Source of the DNA: an uncultured Chloroflexia bacterium
Lineage (GTDB): Bacteria; Chloroflexota; Limnocylindria; QHBO01
Assembly: GCA_963777045.1 (NCBI GenBank)
Contig: CAVZPD010000009.1
Coordinates: forward strand, 287,396 to 351,395
Length of the DNA: 64,000 bases
Reading direction: 5' to 3'
The notes under the pieces were generated by a model. It was not told the origin of the DNA and ran no database searches. It worked only from the letters and a program-made list of their open reading frames with translations. Every line of letters starts with the position of its first letter. Position 1 is the stretch's first letter. The translations under genes and the position numbers were made by a program. Positions 8,991-18,699 of the stretch are shown piece after piece.

Positions 8991-11915
8991 ATGGCCAAGG
9001 CAGGCAGCGTTCTGTGTCCGATCCTCGTCGGCCGAGATGAGCTCCTCGAGCGCTTCGATCAACTGATCGAGGAGGCGCGGGCGGGGCACGGCCACGCGAC
9101 CTTCCTGTCGGGCCGCGCCGGCCTTGGCAAGACCCGGCTGATGCGGGCGGCGATTCTCAAGGCCCAGACGGCCGGGCTGCGGGTGGACGGGGGCGCAGTC
9201 GCTCCCCAGGACCACCAGGTTCCGCTTGCCTCCATCCACGAGATGGCCGTCGGGCTGCGCAATGACGACACCTGGGGGAGCCTTTCGCCGGATCTGCTCG
9301 CGATCGACGGGCGGCACGACGGCGACGCGCTCGGCGCTCGCCGTCTCATGGTGCGTGCGGCGGCGGACCGCATCCTCGACGCGATCGATCGACCGTCGAT
9401 GCTGGTCTTCAGCGACCTGCATTGGACCGATGAGATGAGCCTGGAGGTGATCGGCGAGCTCGCGCGGCATGCGGCTGACCGCCCCTTGCTGCTGCTCGCC
9501 GACTATCGCGCCGACGAGTTTCCGATAGAGGGCATCCATCGCGAGTGGCGGTCGCGCCTTCTCAACCAGCGGCACGCGGACGAGATCAAGCTGCAGCCGC
9601 TGTCGCTCGAAGAGACCGCGACCGCGACGACGCTGATCCTGGGCGGCGAGCTTCCCGCACCCCGGGAAGTGGTCGAGGCAGTGCACCAGCGCACGAACGG
9701 GATCCCGCTCCACATCGAGGAGCTGCTGGCGGCGCTTGATGATGACGCGCGGTCCGATGGCCGCCGGATCCGCGAGGCGCATGTCCCGGACACGATTGCC
9801 GACGCCGTTTTGGTGCGCCTCGACCGGCTATCGGAGGCGGCGCGTGCGGTTGCGCGGGCCGGAGCCGTCATCGGCCGATGCTTCCGTCCGGACGTCCTGG
9901 CGGGCGTCATGGACCGACCGCTGACGCTCCTGGAGCCGGCGCTCCAGGAGCTGGAGGATGCCGCCATCCTTTACCCGTTCCAGTACGTGGATGGCGGCTA
10001 CTACGATTTCCGCCATCAGCTGCTGCGTGACGCGATCTACGACGCGCTTCCGCCGTCGCAGCTGAGGCGGTTCCACGCCCAGGCAGCCGAGTTCGTGATG
10101 TCACTGGAGGCGTCGAACGTCGTCCACGCCGCACGGCACTACGATCTCGCCGGACTGCGTTCGCAGGCATTTCGCACGTCGATAACTGCGGCGAGCGAAG
10201 CGAGCCGCATCTCCGCTCGACAGGAGGCGTACGAGCTCTACCGGCGCGCCATCGCCAACATTCCGGACGACCTGCCGGTCCTCGAGCGGGCGCAGCTCTA
10301 CGAACAGTTCTCGAACGCGGCCGGCGCCGTGGAGCACAACGAGGATTCCGAGCTGGCGGCGATCCGCGCGCGACAGCTCTACCTCGAGGCGGGGCGGCCG
10401 GTCGCCGCCGCCGCCCAGCTGATCGGCATCTGGTCGGCCGGATATCGCCGGGGAGACCGCGCCGATAGGCTAGAGGCCTTCGTCAGGCAGGCCGCGGCCG
10501 AGATCGCCGATCTGCCGCCGACGCCGGACCGCGAGACCCTGCGCGCGTACCTGATGGTGCTTGACGCGGAGCAGCTGTTCCTCGCGCTCGACCTCGTCCC
10601 GGCACGTGAGCGCGCGATGGAGGCACGCAAGACCGCCTCGACCGTTGGGGACCGGGAGATCGGTCTCGACGCGGAGATCCTGCTCGCGCGAATCGCCGTC
10701 GTCGCGGGGAGCCACGAGACCGGGCTGCGCGATGGCCTACGAGCTGCGCGCGAGGCGCGAGATGCCGGCTTCGAGTCGGTCGGGGTCACCGGGCTGCGCA
10801 ACATCGCGCTCCTGGCGGCCCGGATCATGGATCCGACGACGGCCAGGGTGGCCATCGGGGAGGGGCTGCAGTACGCGGACGCCATCGAGCAGTCGCACTG
10901 CAGGCAGATGATCGCCACCACATCAGCCCTGCTCGCCTGGGGCGCCGGCGAGTGGGATCTGGCGGATGCCACGGCTCGACAGGACCTCAGCGACCGAGGC
11001 TGCCGCCGCGGGATGGTCGGTGGTCTCGACGTCCTCGGACTGGTCGCCCTCGGACGAGGGCGACCTACGGAAGCGCGCCGCTGGCTGGAAGAATCGCTGT
11101 CCGTCGGCCGGCGCATCGGGGAGGTTCACCTCGTCCTCACGCCGCTCTGGGGCCTCGCCGAAGCCGACCTCCAGGAAGGTCTGACGGACGCAGCTGTCGA
11201 GCGCTGCGAAGAGGCCTGGTCGGCCGCCAGCGCCAGCGGCGAACGAGCCCTCTTCATCCCGTTCGTCGTCACCGGTACCCGCAGCCTCATTGCCGCGCGC
11301 CGCCCGGACGAGGCTGAACGTTGGCTGAGCCGGGCCCGTGAGTTCCTCACAGGATGGGAAGCGGTGGCCGGCGCAGCCCTGGCCCACGCGGCCGGCCTCG
11401 TCCGGCTGGCGGGTGGATCCTTGGTCGCCGCCCGCGAGGCGCTTGAACGCAGCATTCGGGGGTGGGAGGAGCGGGGTCGTGCGTGGGAGGCCGAGTGCGC
11501 CCGCCTCGATCTCGCCCAGTGCCTGACGCGCATGAACCGCTATGCCGACGCCATGGACGTGCTGGCCGGCGTTCGGCCGCGCCTTGAGGCCATGGGCGCC
11601 TCGCCGCTCGTCGCACGGGCCGATGAGCTCGCGAAGGCGGGCAAGGGGCGTGGCCAGCAGCACGAGCCATGGCGACCGCTCAGCGTGCGGGAGTTCGAGG
11701 TCGCGCGGCTCATCGCCGAGGGCCTGACGAACGCCCAGATCGCGGGGCAGCTGTCCGTCTCGCCGAAGACGGTGAGCGCACACGTTGAGCACATCCTGGC
11801 CAAGCTCGGCGTCGCGAGGCGCACCGAGGTCGCCGCGTGGGCGACCGATGTCCGCAGCGCAGCGACCGCGTTTGCCGACAGGCCCATCGTGGCGGGACCC
11901 GCGGCTCAGCGGTAG
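8991..11915 (+). CDS. LAL-family regulator (AAA/STAND ATPase, TPR-like region, LuxR HTH)
   Basis: LVGRDEL, Walker A GRAGLGKT, DLHWTD, TNGIPL, FRHQLLRD, C-terminal LSVREFEVARLIAEGLTNAQIA..HILAKLG. Confidence 0.93.
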   Translation: MAKAGSVLCPILVGRDELLERFDQLIEEARAGHGHATFLSGRAGLGKTRLMRAAILKAQTAGLRVDGGAVAPQDHQVPLASIHEMAVGLRNDDTWGSLSPDLLAIDGRHDGDALGARRLMVRAAADRILDAIDRPSMLVFSDLHWTDEMSLEVIGELARHAADRPLLLLADYRADEFPIEGIHREWRSRLLNQRHADEIKLQPLSLEETATATTLILGGELPAPREVVEAVHQRTNGIPLHIEELLAALDDDARSDGRRIREAHVPDTIADAVLVRLDRLSEAARAVARAGAVIGRCFRPDVLAGVMDRPLTLLEPALQELEDAAILYPFQYVDGGYYDFRHQLLRDAIYDALPPSQLRRFHAQAAEFVMSLEASNVVHAARHYDLAGLRSQAFRTSITAASEASRISARQEAYELYRRAIANIPDDLPVLERAQLYEQFSNAAGAVEHNEDSELAAIRARQLYLEAGRPVAAAAQLIGIWSAGYRRGDRADRLEAFVRQAAAEIADLPPTPDRETLRAYLMVLDAEQLFLALDLVPARERAMEARKTASTVGDREIGLDAEILLARIAVVAGSHETGLRDGLRAAREARDAGFESVGVTGLRNIALLAARIMDPTTARVAIGEGLQYADAIEQSHCRQMIATTSALLAWGAGEWDLADATARQDLSDRGCRRGMVGGLDVLGLVALGRGRPTEARRWLEESLSVGRRIGEVHLVLTPLWGLAEADLQEGLTDAAVERCEEAWSAASASGERALFIPFVVTGTRSLIAARRPDEAERWLSRAREFLTGWEAVAGAALAHAAGLVRLAGGSLVAAREALERSIRGWEERGRAWEAECARLDLAQCLTRMNRYADAMDVLAGVRPRLEAMGASPLVARADELAKAGKGRGQQHEPWRPLSVREFEVARLIAEGLTNAQIAGQLSVSPKTVSAHVEHILAKLGVARRTEVAAWATDVRSAATAFADRPIVAGPAAQR

Positions 11916-12045
11916 GAGTCGGGATCCAGCACCATCATTGGGGTCAACGTGACGCCTGCTCCAGCCGGAGGTATCGTGTCTCCTTCAAGGCAGGAGGCAG
12001 GCATGACGCAGACCGCGGACCCCCGGGCTGCCGCGGCGAGCGGGC

Positions 12046-13542
12046 GTGGAGCGGGTCAATCACTGGATCGGGGGTCGCCGGGTGGCGGGCGCATCGGGCC
12101 GCCAGGGTCCGGTCTACAACCCGGCCACCGGCGAGGTGGCGCGCGAGGTCGACTTCGCATCCGTGGAAGAGGTGGACGAGGCCGTCCGCAGTGCCGGCAA
12201 GGCCTTCCCCGCCTGGCGCGCCACGTCCCTTTCGAAGCGAACCGACATCCTCTTCCGCTTCCGCAACCTGGTGGAGCAGCACCGCGAGGAGGTCGCGGCG
12301 CACCTGACCCGCGAGCACGGCAAGGTGCGCACCGATGCGCTGGGCGAGGTGCAGCGCGGGCTGGAGAACATCGAATTCGCGACCGGCATCTCGCACCTGC
12401 TCAAGGGCGGCTTCAGCGAGCAGGTGTCGACCGGCGTGGACGTCTACCAGATCCGCCAGCCGCTGGGCGTCGTGACCGGCATCACCCCCTTCAACTTTCC
12501 GGCCATGGTGCCGATGTGGATGTTCGGCAACGCCATCGCCTGCGGCAACGCCTTCGTGCTGAAGCCGTCCGAGAAGGACCCGTCCGCATCGGTCTACCTC
12601 GCTGAGCTGTGGAAGGAGGCCGGGCTGCCGGACGGCGTCTTCAACGTCGTCCACGGTGACAAGGTCGCGGTGGATCGGCTGCTGGAGCACCCGGAGATCG
12701 CGGCCGTGAGCTTCGTCGGCTCCACGCCCATCGCGCGCTACATCTACGAGACCGGCACGAAGAACGGCAAGCGCGTGCAGGCCCTGGGTGGTGCCAAGAA
12801 CCACATGGTCGTCCTGCCCGATGCCGACATCGGCATGGCCGCCGATGCCGCCGTCTCCGCCGCCTACGGCTCGGCCGGCGAACGGTGCATGGCGATCAGC
12901 GTCGTCGTGGCGGTCGGCGAGGTGGCCGATCCGCTGGTCTCCGCGATCGAGGAGCGCCTGCCGAAGATCAAGGTGGGGCCGGGCCACGAGGAGGGCTCGG
13001 AGATGGGGCCGCTCATCACGCGCGAGCACCGCGACCGCGTGGCCGGCTTCCTGGAGAGCGGCGTCGCCGCCGGCGCCACGCTGCGCGCCGACGGGCGGGA
13101 GCACGTCCTCTACGACCAGGACTCCGGCGGATTCTTCCTTGGTCTCTCGCTGCTCGACAACGTGACGCCGGAGATGGAGTGCTACCGCAACGAGATCTTC
13201 GGCCCGGTGCTGGAGGTGATCCGCGTCCCGACCTACACCGATGCGGTGCGCGTCATCGAGGAGAACCCCTACGCCAACGGGACCGCCATCTTCACCCGGG
13301 ACGGCGGCGCGGCGCGGCAGTTCCAGTTCGACGTGCCGGTGGGCATGGTCGGCATCAACGTGCCGATCCCGGTGCCGGTCGCCTACTACAGCTTCGGCGG
13401 CTGGAAGGCCTCGCTCTTCGGCGACCTGCACATGTACGGACCGGAGGGGATCCAGTTCTACACGCGAGCCAAGGTGGTCACCGCCCGCTGGCCGGATCCG
13501 GCCACCTCTTCCGTGGACCTGCGCTTTCCGCAGACGAGGTAG
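12046..13542 (+). CDS. mmsA: CoA-acylating methylmalonate-semialdehyde dehydrogenase
   Basis: ITPFNFPAMVP, LKPSEKDP, FVGSTP, GAKNH, GERCMA, GINVPIPVP; true start may be ATG 12003 (after AGGAGG) with a 1-nt indel. Confidence 0.95.
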   Translation: MERVNHWIGGRRVAGASGRQGPVYNPATGEVAREVDFASVEEVDEAVRSAGKAFPAWRATSLSKRTDILFRFRNLVEQHREEVAAHLTREHGKVRTDALGEVQRGLENIEFATGISHLLKGGFSEQVSTGVDVYQIRQPLGVVTGITPFNFPAMVPMWMFGNAIACGNAFVLKPSEKDPSASVYLAELWKEAGLPDGVFNVVHGDKVAVDRLLEHPEIAAVSFVGSTPIARYIYETGTKNGKRVQALGGAKNHMVVLPDADIGMAADAAVSAAYGSAGERCMAISVVVAVGEVADPLVSAIEERLPKIKVGPGHEEGSEMGPLITREHRDRVAGFLESGVAAGATLRADGREHVLYDQDSGGFFLGLSLLDNVTPEMECYRNEIFGPVLEVIRVPTYTDAVRVIEENPYANGTAIFTRDGGAARQFQFDVPVGMVGINVPIPVPVAYYSFGGWKASLFGDLHMYGPEGIQFYTRAKVVTARWPDPATSSVDLRFPQTR

Positions 13543-13625
13543 GTCGTTGCCTCAGCTCCCGAAATCGGCGTAGACGTCCCACTCGGGGACAGTTCCCTCC
13601 TGCACGCCGACGCTGACGTAGAGGC

Positions 13626-14198
13626 TCAGCGAGCGGTCGCGGTCATCGGGCAGGAGGCAGCCCCGAGCTCCGGTCGCGCATGCAGCCGGGGACCGTGAGT
13701 GGCCGCAGGCGGGCTCCTAGATCTGCCCGCGAGCACCTCAGGACCGGCTGGGCTCGCAGCAACCCTCGAATCCGCGCGAGGACAGGCATCGATCAGGCCG
13801 TCGGAGGGGCTCCCGACCAGGTCCCCCTTCAGGACAGCCCACCGCGGGCTCCGGTTCGCGCCCGGTCCCAGGGTGCCGTACACGCGCAGCAGGTAATAGT
13901 CCTTCTGCGGATCAGCGTCGTAGAGGGAGCGGTGGGCCTCCCAGCAGACATCGAACCAGCCGTCCGGACGCTGGATGCGTGGCAGGCACTCGCCACCGGA
14001 GGGCGAGCTCGCGAGCTGGCTGGGATCCGTTCCTTCGCTCGGGTCCGGTGCGATCTCGCCGGACATGGTCGTCCGCGCGATGGTCGCGTCCGCGGCTCCG
14101 GCGGGGACCCCTGGCGTCCAGCGCAGGAAGGCGAACGCGAGGAGACCGGCGCCAACGATCACGCCAAGCACGACGGCGATCCGCCCCGTCCGACCCAT
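13626..14198 (-). CDS. Hypothetical membrane-anchored or exported protein (3' end probably frameshifted)
   Basis: N-terminal TM, then P/S-rich linker and a Cys-containing domain. Confidence 0.55.
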   Translation of the reverse strand: MGRTGRIAVVLGVIVGAGLLAFAFLRWTPGVPAGAADATIARTTMSGEIAPDPSEGTDPSQLASSPSGGECLPRIQRPDGWFDVCWEAHRSLYDADPQKDYYLLRVYGTLGPGANRSPRWAVLKGDLVGSPSDGLIDACPRADSRVAASPAGPEVLAGRSRSPPAATHGPRLHARPELGAASCPMTATAR

Positions 14199-14251
14199 GC
14201 GACGCCTCCACGTCAGCTGCCCGCCGAATTGTCATCGCACCGGACCGTTCG

Positions 14252-15049
14252 TCAAGTGCCGCAGCGGCTGCGACCCCCGGCGGCCGTACCCCGGCGGACG
14301 GCGTACATCAGCGAGCCGGGCGTCGTCAGCAGCTCGCCGGTCTCGAGCCAGGTCTTGAGGCCCGAGAGGATCATCGGCCAGCCGCCGTAGAGCTGCTCGT
14401 TTGCGCCCTCGGGAAGCTGGTCGTGGGTGACGAGCAGGCGGCAGGAATCGCCAACCGGCTCGATCTCCCAGGTCACGCGCGAGGTCCCCTCGGCCTTCAC
14501 GTCGTCGCCCCACAGCGCTCGCATGGTCTGCACCAGGCGGCGGGGCGGATCGACCTCCAGGTTCTCGCCCTCGGCGATGGGCACCGCGCCGTCCCTGGCG
14601 CTCGACGCGTAGCTCGATCCCGGCAGCCAGTCGGACTCGATCCTGACCCCGAAGCTGTATCGGCTCCGGATCTCGGGATCGGTGATCGCCTCCCACAGCC
14701 GTTCTGGCGTGGTCTTGATGTAGATCTCGAACACCTTCTCCATCGGTCTCTCCAGTCTGGTCTTGATCTCGCTCAGCGCCGCCGTCCAGGGCTCGGCGAA
14801 CTTGCTCACCCATCGGTCATGGACGAGCCGGATGGGAACGGGGTTCAGGAAGTGGAGCTTCTCGCGGCCGCGCCGCCGGGTCACGACCAGGCCGGCATCC
14901 TCGAGGAGGCGCAGGTGCTTCATGACCCCGAAGCGCGTCATCGAGAACCGACCCTGGAGTGCGTGGAGCGTCTGCCCGTCCTCCCGGAAGAGCTCGTCGA
15001 GCAGGCGTCGCCGCGTCGGATCGGAGAGTGCCCTGAACACGTCGTCCAT
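14252..15049 (-). CDS. ArsR HTH - SRPBCC (AHA1-like) fusion regulator
   Basis: FRALSDPTRRRLLD..MKHLRLLEDAGLV..GREKLHFLN followed by EIYIKTTPERLWEAITDP..GGWPMILSGLKTWLETG. Confidence 0.92.
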   Translation of the reverse strand: MDDVFRALSDPTRRRLLDELFREDGQTLHALQGRFSMTRFGVMKHLRLLEDAGLVVTRRRGREKLHFLNPVPIRLVHDRWVSKFAEPWTAALSEIKTRLERPMEKVFEIYIKTTPERLWEAITDPEIRSRYSFGVRIESDWLPGSSYASSARDGAVPIAEGENLEVDPPRRLVQTMRALWGDDVKAEGTSRVTWEIEPVGDSCRLLVTHDQLPEGANEQLYGGWPMILSGLKTWLETGELLTTPGSLMYAVRRGTAAGGRSRCGT

Positions 15050-15056
15050 GCAGGGG

Positions 15057-15086
15057 ACGTTATGTGACGAGAAGGTCACATGTCAA
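15057..15086 (-). promoter_or_regulatory. Sigma-70 promoter with overlapping palindromic operator for the ArsR gene
   Basis: Minus strand TTGACA-18 nt-TAACGT; inverted repeat ATGTGAC-N6-GTCACAT at 15062-15081. Confidence 0.75.
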
Positions 15087-15269
15087 GCGGGCGATTGCGG
15101 TTAGGGAGGGGGAGAGATGGGTGAGGGAACGAGAGATTGAGTTGAGATGTGAGAGGTAGAGGTTAGTGGAAGAGGAAGTCGGAGCGTGAAGGAATGAGGA
15201 TGAGGAGCTGGTGGACGAATGGGGCGTATTGGCGGTATGGCTGTTGGCAGGGCGACAGGTAGGTACTCA

Positions 15270-15890
15270 TGTGGCGGATGATCAGGACGTGCAGGCGACG
15301 AGACCCAGCGCGCCTGCGCAAGGAGGAGGGGCCGTCGAGCGTGGCGATGGCGTAGCAGAGGTACGGGGCGAGCAGCGAGGGCCCGTACTTGATCGCGGCA
15401 GCAAGCCCGATGCTGGTGCTGCCGTCGACGGTCGTCGGAGTGCATGCGGCGCAGCGGCGACCGGCAGGGTCACGTTCAGGGCGATCAGCTCGATCGCCAC
15501 CGGGGCCAGGAGCAGCGACCGCCACGGCCCGCCACGTTCAACGAGGTACGCAGGCAGAGCAGGCACACGAGGCGGAAGGTCCAGGTCGCGAGCAGTTCGG
15601 GGAGGAGGGCGACCGGCGCATCAGCAATGCGAAGGTCGGCAGGTAACGAAAGGCGCCCGGGTCGTTGATCTCGACGTTCGCATAGAGGGGCGCCCCCTCG
15701 AGGAGATGGCGGCCCGCCAGCCAGTAGGAGTCGAAGTCATAGGCGGCTCCCCCGTCGCGCGCGATGGCCTGCCCCAAAGCGATGGCGAACGTCGAGAAGC
15801 CGATGGCGGAGCCAATCGAGATCGCGGCGGCAATCGCGAGGCGTGGCTTGAACAGCGCGCGCGACCTGGGGTGGGGCGCGGATGTGCCAT
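15270..15890 (-). CDS. Glycosyltransferase family 87 (DUF2029)-like membrane protein, frameshifted, 3' end unreadable
   Basis: AYDFDSYWLAGRHLLEGAPLY..FRYLPTFALL, later LIALNVTL and LAAAIKYGP. Confidence 0.7.
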
Positions 15891-15914
15891 TGCTCGCGGT
15901 ATTGGTGAGGTTGG

Positions 15915-16142
15915 CTACCGGCAGCCGATGCCGAGCGCGAGCCGCCAACCAGCCACGAGCACAATGGCGACTCCCAGCGTGACGGTGACCGGCATGAGCC
16001 ATCCTGCGAGCGGGCCGGAGCACAGGGCTAGCAGGTCTACTGAAGCACAGCGCTTCGCATCCTCCGCGTAGCGAACCTGCAGCCCCAGTCCGACGAGCAC
16101 CAGGGTGAGCGCCGCGCCCCAAGCGAGCCATGTCCCGCGCAT
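15915..16142 (-). CDS. Small hypothetical membrane protein
   Basis: Two hydrophobic helices; GAGGAG upstream. Confidence 0.45.
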   Translation of the reverse strand: MRGTWLAWGAALTLVLVGLGLQVRYAEDAKRCASVDLLALCSGPLAGWLMPVTVTLGVAIVLVAGWRLALGIGCR

Positions 16143-16272
16143 GAAGATTCCTCTCCTCGGAGGCAGCATCATCCGGCAATCGGTCCGCGTCAAGGCGGTT
16201 GCCATATGCGGATACCGCGGAAAGGGGGAGCGGGAGAATGTCCGCAACGGAGGCAGGAGCTGCGAGGAGCGG

Positions 16273-16722
16273 ATGAACTCGATCCCTGATGGCTACCGCA
16301 TGGGGCGGAGCCTTGATGACGCAGCGCGCAAGGCGCTGGCGGCGACGGTCAACGGGACGGTCGGGACGCTGAACCCGGACGGGACGATCAACCTGGCGCA
16401 CGTCTACTTCCTGTTCGAGAACGATCGGATCTACTTCGAGACGGCCTCGTCGACGCGCAAGGCCCGTAACGCTGCGGAGCGCCACAGCATCAGCTTCCTG
16501 ATCGACCATCCCGACATCGACGTGCGCGCCGAGGGGCGTGCCCGCGTGCTCGTGGGCGAGGAGGCGCAGGCGATCAACCGGCGTCTGCGCGACAAGTACG
16601 AGATGGGTGAGCAGGCACATCGGTTCTTCACCGAGATCGACGACTGTGCCGTGGAGATCAGCGTCGAGCGCTGGCGTACCTGGACGAACACGCGGCTGCG
16701 CGAGGACGTGCGCCAAGCCTGA
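16273..16722 (+). CDS. Pyridoxamine 5'-phosphate oxidase-like (split-barrel flavin/F420-binding) protein
   Basis: GTLNPDG..VYF..FET..RKARN..VRAEGRA..DKY pattern; start 16273 or 16300. Confidence 0.8.
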   Translation: MNSIPDGYRMGRSLDDAARKALAATVNGTVGTLNPDGTINLAHVYFLFENDRIYFETASSTRKARNAAERHSISFLIDHPDIDVRAEGRARVLVGEEAQAINRRLRDKYEMGEQAHRFFTEIDDCAVEISVERWRTWTNTRLREDVRQA

Positions 16723-16976
16723 TCATCGCCGCACCGCAGGCCCCCGTCGGCCGGCGCGGATGCCGCGCGCCAACCGGATCTCGTCACCTGCGACTGGGAG
16801 TCACCTTAGGCGGCGGGAAGCCGATCGGACGCTGGTAGGACGGAGCTTTTCACGCTCGGCGTCTGTCCTCGGAGCGGCTCTGGGACGAGCGGAACTCGCA
16901 TAACGCGACTGACAGCCGCGCCTGACAAGATGAGGTACCGAATCCCGCCGGCCGGTGCTGTCACAATGACCGGCGC

Positions 16977-18128
16977 ATGAGCGACAAGTTCGAGACGCTG
17001 GCCGTCCACGCCGGGGTCGAGCCGGACGCGGCCACCGGCGCAGTCGTACCGCCCATTCAGATGAGCACCACCTTCAAGCAGGATGCCGTGGGCGCCACGC
17101 GGGGCGGCTTCGAGTACGGCCGCAGCGACAACCCGACGCGGCGGATGCTGGAGGCGGCCATCGCCGAGCTGGAGGGTGCGGCGCACGGCTTCGCCTACGC
17201 CTCCGGGCTGGCGGCGACCCAGAACCTGCTCTACCTCGCGCAGCCGGGCGATCGCCTGGTCCTGTCCGATGACGTCTACGGCGGCACCTGGCGCCTCGCC
17301 GACAAGGTCTGGCGCCGATACGGGATCGAGGCGGAGCCGGTCGACCTGACCGACCTCGACGCGGTCGGCCGCGCGGTCACCGGTGCGCGCATGGTCTGGG
17401 TCGAGACGCCCACCAACCCGCTCCTCAAGCTCGTCGACATCCGGGCAGTCGCCGACCTCGCACGTGCGGCGGGGGCGCTCGTCGTCGTCGACAACACCTT
17501 TGCCACGCCCTTCCTGCAGCAGCCGCTGGCGCTGGGGGCCGATGCGGTCCTGCACTCCGCCACGAAGTACCTGGGCGGGCACTCCGACGTGATCGGTGGG
17601 CTGGTGGCGACGAGCCGCGAGGACCTGGCCGAGGCGTTGCGCTTCCACCAGAACGCGGCCGGCGCCGTCCCTAGCCCCTTCGACTGCTGGCTGGTGATGC
17701 GCGGCATGCGGACGCTGGCGGTGCGCATGGAGCGCGCCTGCGAGAACGCCCGCGCCATCGCCTTCTGGCTGGATGGCCGACCGGAGGTGCGCCTGGTCCG
17801 ATGGCCGGGCCTCGTCGGGTCGCCGTACCGCGACCTCTGCGAACGGCAGATGCGGCTCCCGGGTGCGATGGTCAGCTTCGAGCTCGACGCCGATCTGGAG
17901 GCTGCCAAGCGCTTCGTGGCGTCGACGCGGCTCTTCGCGCTGGCCGAGTCGCTGGGCGCGGTGGAGTCGCTGATCGAGCTGCCGGCCGCCATGACCCACG
18001 CCTCGGTGGCCGGCTCGCCGCTGGCCGTGCCGGACGGCCTGGTCCGCCTCTCGGTGGGGATCGAGGCGGCCGACGACCTGATCGCGGACCTGGAAGCTGC
18101 CTTCCGCGCAGTCGGAGCGCCGACGTGA
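16977..18128 (+). CDS. metB: Cystathionine gamma-synthase/lyase
   Basis: YGRSDNPTR, DDVYGGT, WVETPTNP, DNTFATP, HSATKYLGGHSD, AESLGAVESL. Confidence 0.92.
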   Translation: MSDKFETLAVHAGVEPDAATGAVVPPIQMSTTFKQDAVGATRGGFEYGRSDNPTRRMLEAAIAELEGAAHGFAYASGLAATQNLLYLAQPGDRLVLSDDVYGGTWRLADKVWRRYGIEAEPVDLTDLDAVGRAVTGARMVWVETPTNPLLKLVDIRAVADLARAAGALVVVDNTFATPFLQQPLALGADAVLHSATKYLGGHSDVIGGLVATSREDLAEALRFHQNAAGAVPSPFDCWLVMRGMRTLAVRMERACENARAIAFWLDGRPEVRLVRWPGLVGSPYRDLCERQMRLPGAMVSFELDADLEAAKRFVASTRLFALAESLGAVESLIELPAAMTHASVAGSPLAVPDGLVRLSVGIEAADDLIADLEAAFRAVGAPT

Positions 18129-18673
18129 CGGAGGACCGGCCGCCGCAGCTTCCCGAGGACGGGCCCACGGAGCTGGCTGAGGGGCGCGATGGCGAGCTGG
18201 TCGAGCGCCTCTCGGGCGGCACGGCCACGCTGCTGCTGGTCTGGCTGCTCGGCATCGGCGCTGCGAGCTCGCTGCTGGCTGCCTGGATCTTCTCGTCCAT
18301 CTTCCTCGACCAGCACCTGGGCCTGGACGACCTGTTCAGCGGAGTCGGCTTCTACGTGGCGCTCTTCGGCGCCGCGGGTCCGACCATCCTCTGGCTGAGC
18401 GGGCGCGCCCAGGGCCATTCGCTGGCCTGGTTCGGCTGGACCGCCGCGAAGATCGGCCTGGTCATGATCGGCGGCACCATCGGCATCGCGGCGACGGGGA
18501 TCCTGATGCTCGGCGGCTCGTTCGGCGGTGGTGCGCTGCCGGCCGCGCTGACCCTCATCGGCCTCACGCTGGTGCTCTCGATCATCTGGGCGCTGGCGGT
18601 CTGGTCGGCCGATCGCTACATTGCGCGGGCGCGCGTCGAGGGCGAGGGCAGAGACCCCGATCCTGCCCGGTAG
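18125..18673 (+). CDS. Hypothetical 4-TM membrane protein
   Basis: GTGA overlap with the metB stop; four hydrophobic segments. Confidence 0.7.
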   Translation: MTEDRPPQLPEDGPTELAEGRDGELVERLSGGTATLLLVWLLGIGAASSLLAAWIFSSIFLDQHLGLDDLFSGVGFYVALFGAAGPTILWLSGRAQGHSLAWFGWTAAKIGLVMIGGTIGIAATGILMLGGSFGGGALPAALTLIGLTLVLSIIWALAVWSADRYIARARVEGEGRDPDPAR

Positions 18674-18699
18674 GGCGCCAGTAGCCGGCCGGTAACGGG

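Noticed and set aside
16790-16960. SAM riboswitch or 6S-like RNA upstream of metB (CGGCGGGA..TCCCGCCG closing stem, AAGATGAG)
   Set aside because: Core SAM-I/IV elements (ATC.AGAG, GCAACC) are absent and internal pairing is unconvincing
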